From IMG/VR virus record IMGVR_UViG_3300045988_138778, positions 1-13,930 of that record: a stretch of 13,930 nt of DNA. One strand, 5' to 3'. How positions within the stretch are numbered: position 1 is the first letter of the stretch; the number at the start of each line of letters is the position of its first letter. The stretch comes from a virus. Positions 13,885 to 13,930 of the stretch are shown here, in pieces. The position numbers were made by a program, and so were the translations under genes. Below the pieces are notes generated by a model. It was given only the letters and a program-made list of their open reading frames with translations, searched no databases and was not told the origin of the DNA.

Positions 13885-13930
13885 TTCAAATTCTTCCCTT
13901 TCTATGTCGGTGTAACGTATAGCGATATGT
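13876..13930. repeat. Right inverted terminal repeat (ITR), 55 bp
   Basis: Exact reverse complement of 1-55. Confidence 0.95.

Noticed and set aside
13682-13915. A 77-aa + strand ORF at the right end.
   Set aside because: It is antisense to the RBS-supported small minus-strand ORFs, would be transcribed toward the genome end, and has no RBS.
1-13930. Terminal inverted repeats read as an insertion sequence, transposon, casposon or polinton-like element.
   Set aside because: There is no transposase, integrase or Cas1. The content is instead a full tailed-phage module set, with an HK97-type capsid, portal and gp16-like ATPase, plus a protein-primed PolB. For such genomes ITRs are replication origins.

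Overview
The window looks like a complete linear genome (13,930 bp) of a very small phi29-like podophage that replicates by protein priming. It is bounded by perfect 55-bp inverted terminal repeats (1-55 is the reverse complement of 13876-13930).

Two gene arms run inward from the ends and converge on a shared hairpin terminator at 4545-4575.

Left arm (+ strand): a small early protein, a terminal-protein candidate, a protein-primed family-B DNA polymerase, a phi29 p5-like SSB in its own promoter/terminator cassette, and a phi29 gp16-like packaging ATPase.

Right arm (- strand), in transcription order:
- four tiny early ORFs (45-66 aa);
- a consensus sigma-A-type promoter followed directly by a structured leader ending in an intrinsic terminator;
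- a YvrJ-like small membrane protein (holin candidate) and a 69-aa unknown;
- a scaffold-like protein carrying an (Ala-Ala-Pro)x6 repeat, then the major capsid protein and a leaky terminator;
- a tail-knob protein, an M23 peptidase, the portal, a lower-collar candidate, a tail-fibre-like protein, a 71-aa mini-fibre and a 661-aa beta-helix tailspike.

I saw no tRNA, CRISPR array, integrase or transposase. Strong AGGAGG-type ribosome-binding sites (RBS), tight gene coupling (TAATG and ATGA overlaps) and the YvrJ-like protein suggest a Bacillota host.

All homology statements rest on motifs read in the translations and on recalled phi29 protein sequences. None is a database search.

The items I think most deserve follow-up are:
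- the promoter-plus-terminator RNA cassette in front of the late operon;
- the ITRs that carry the RBS and start codon of both terminal genes;
- the paralogous small proteins on the two arms;
- the mini-fibre that shares its N-terminal motif with the tailspike.
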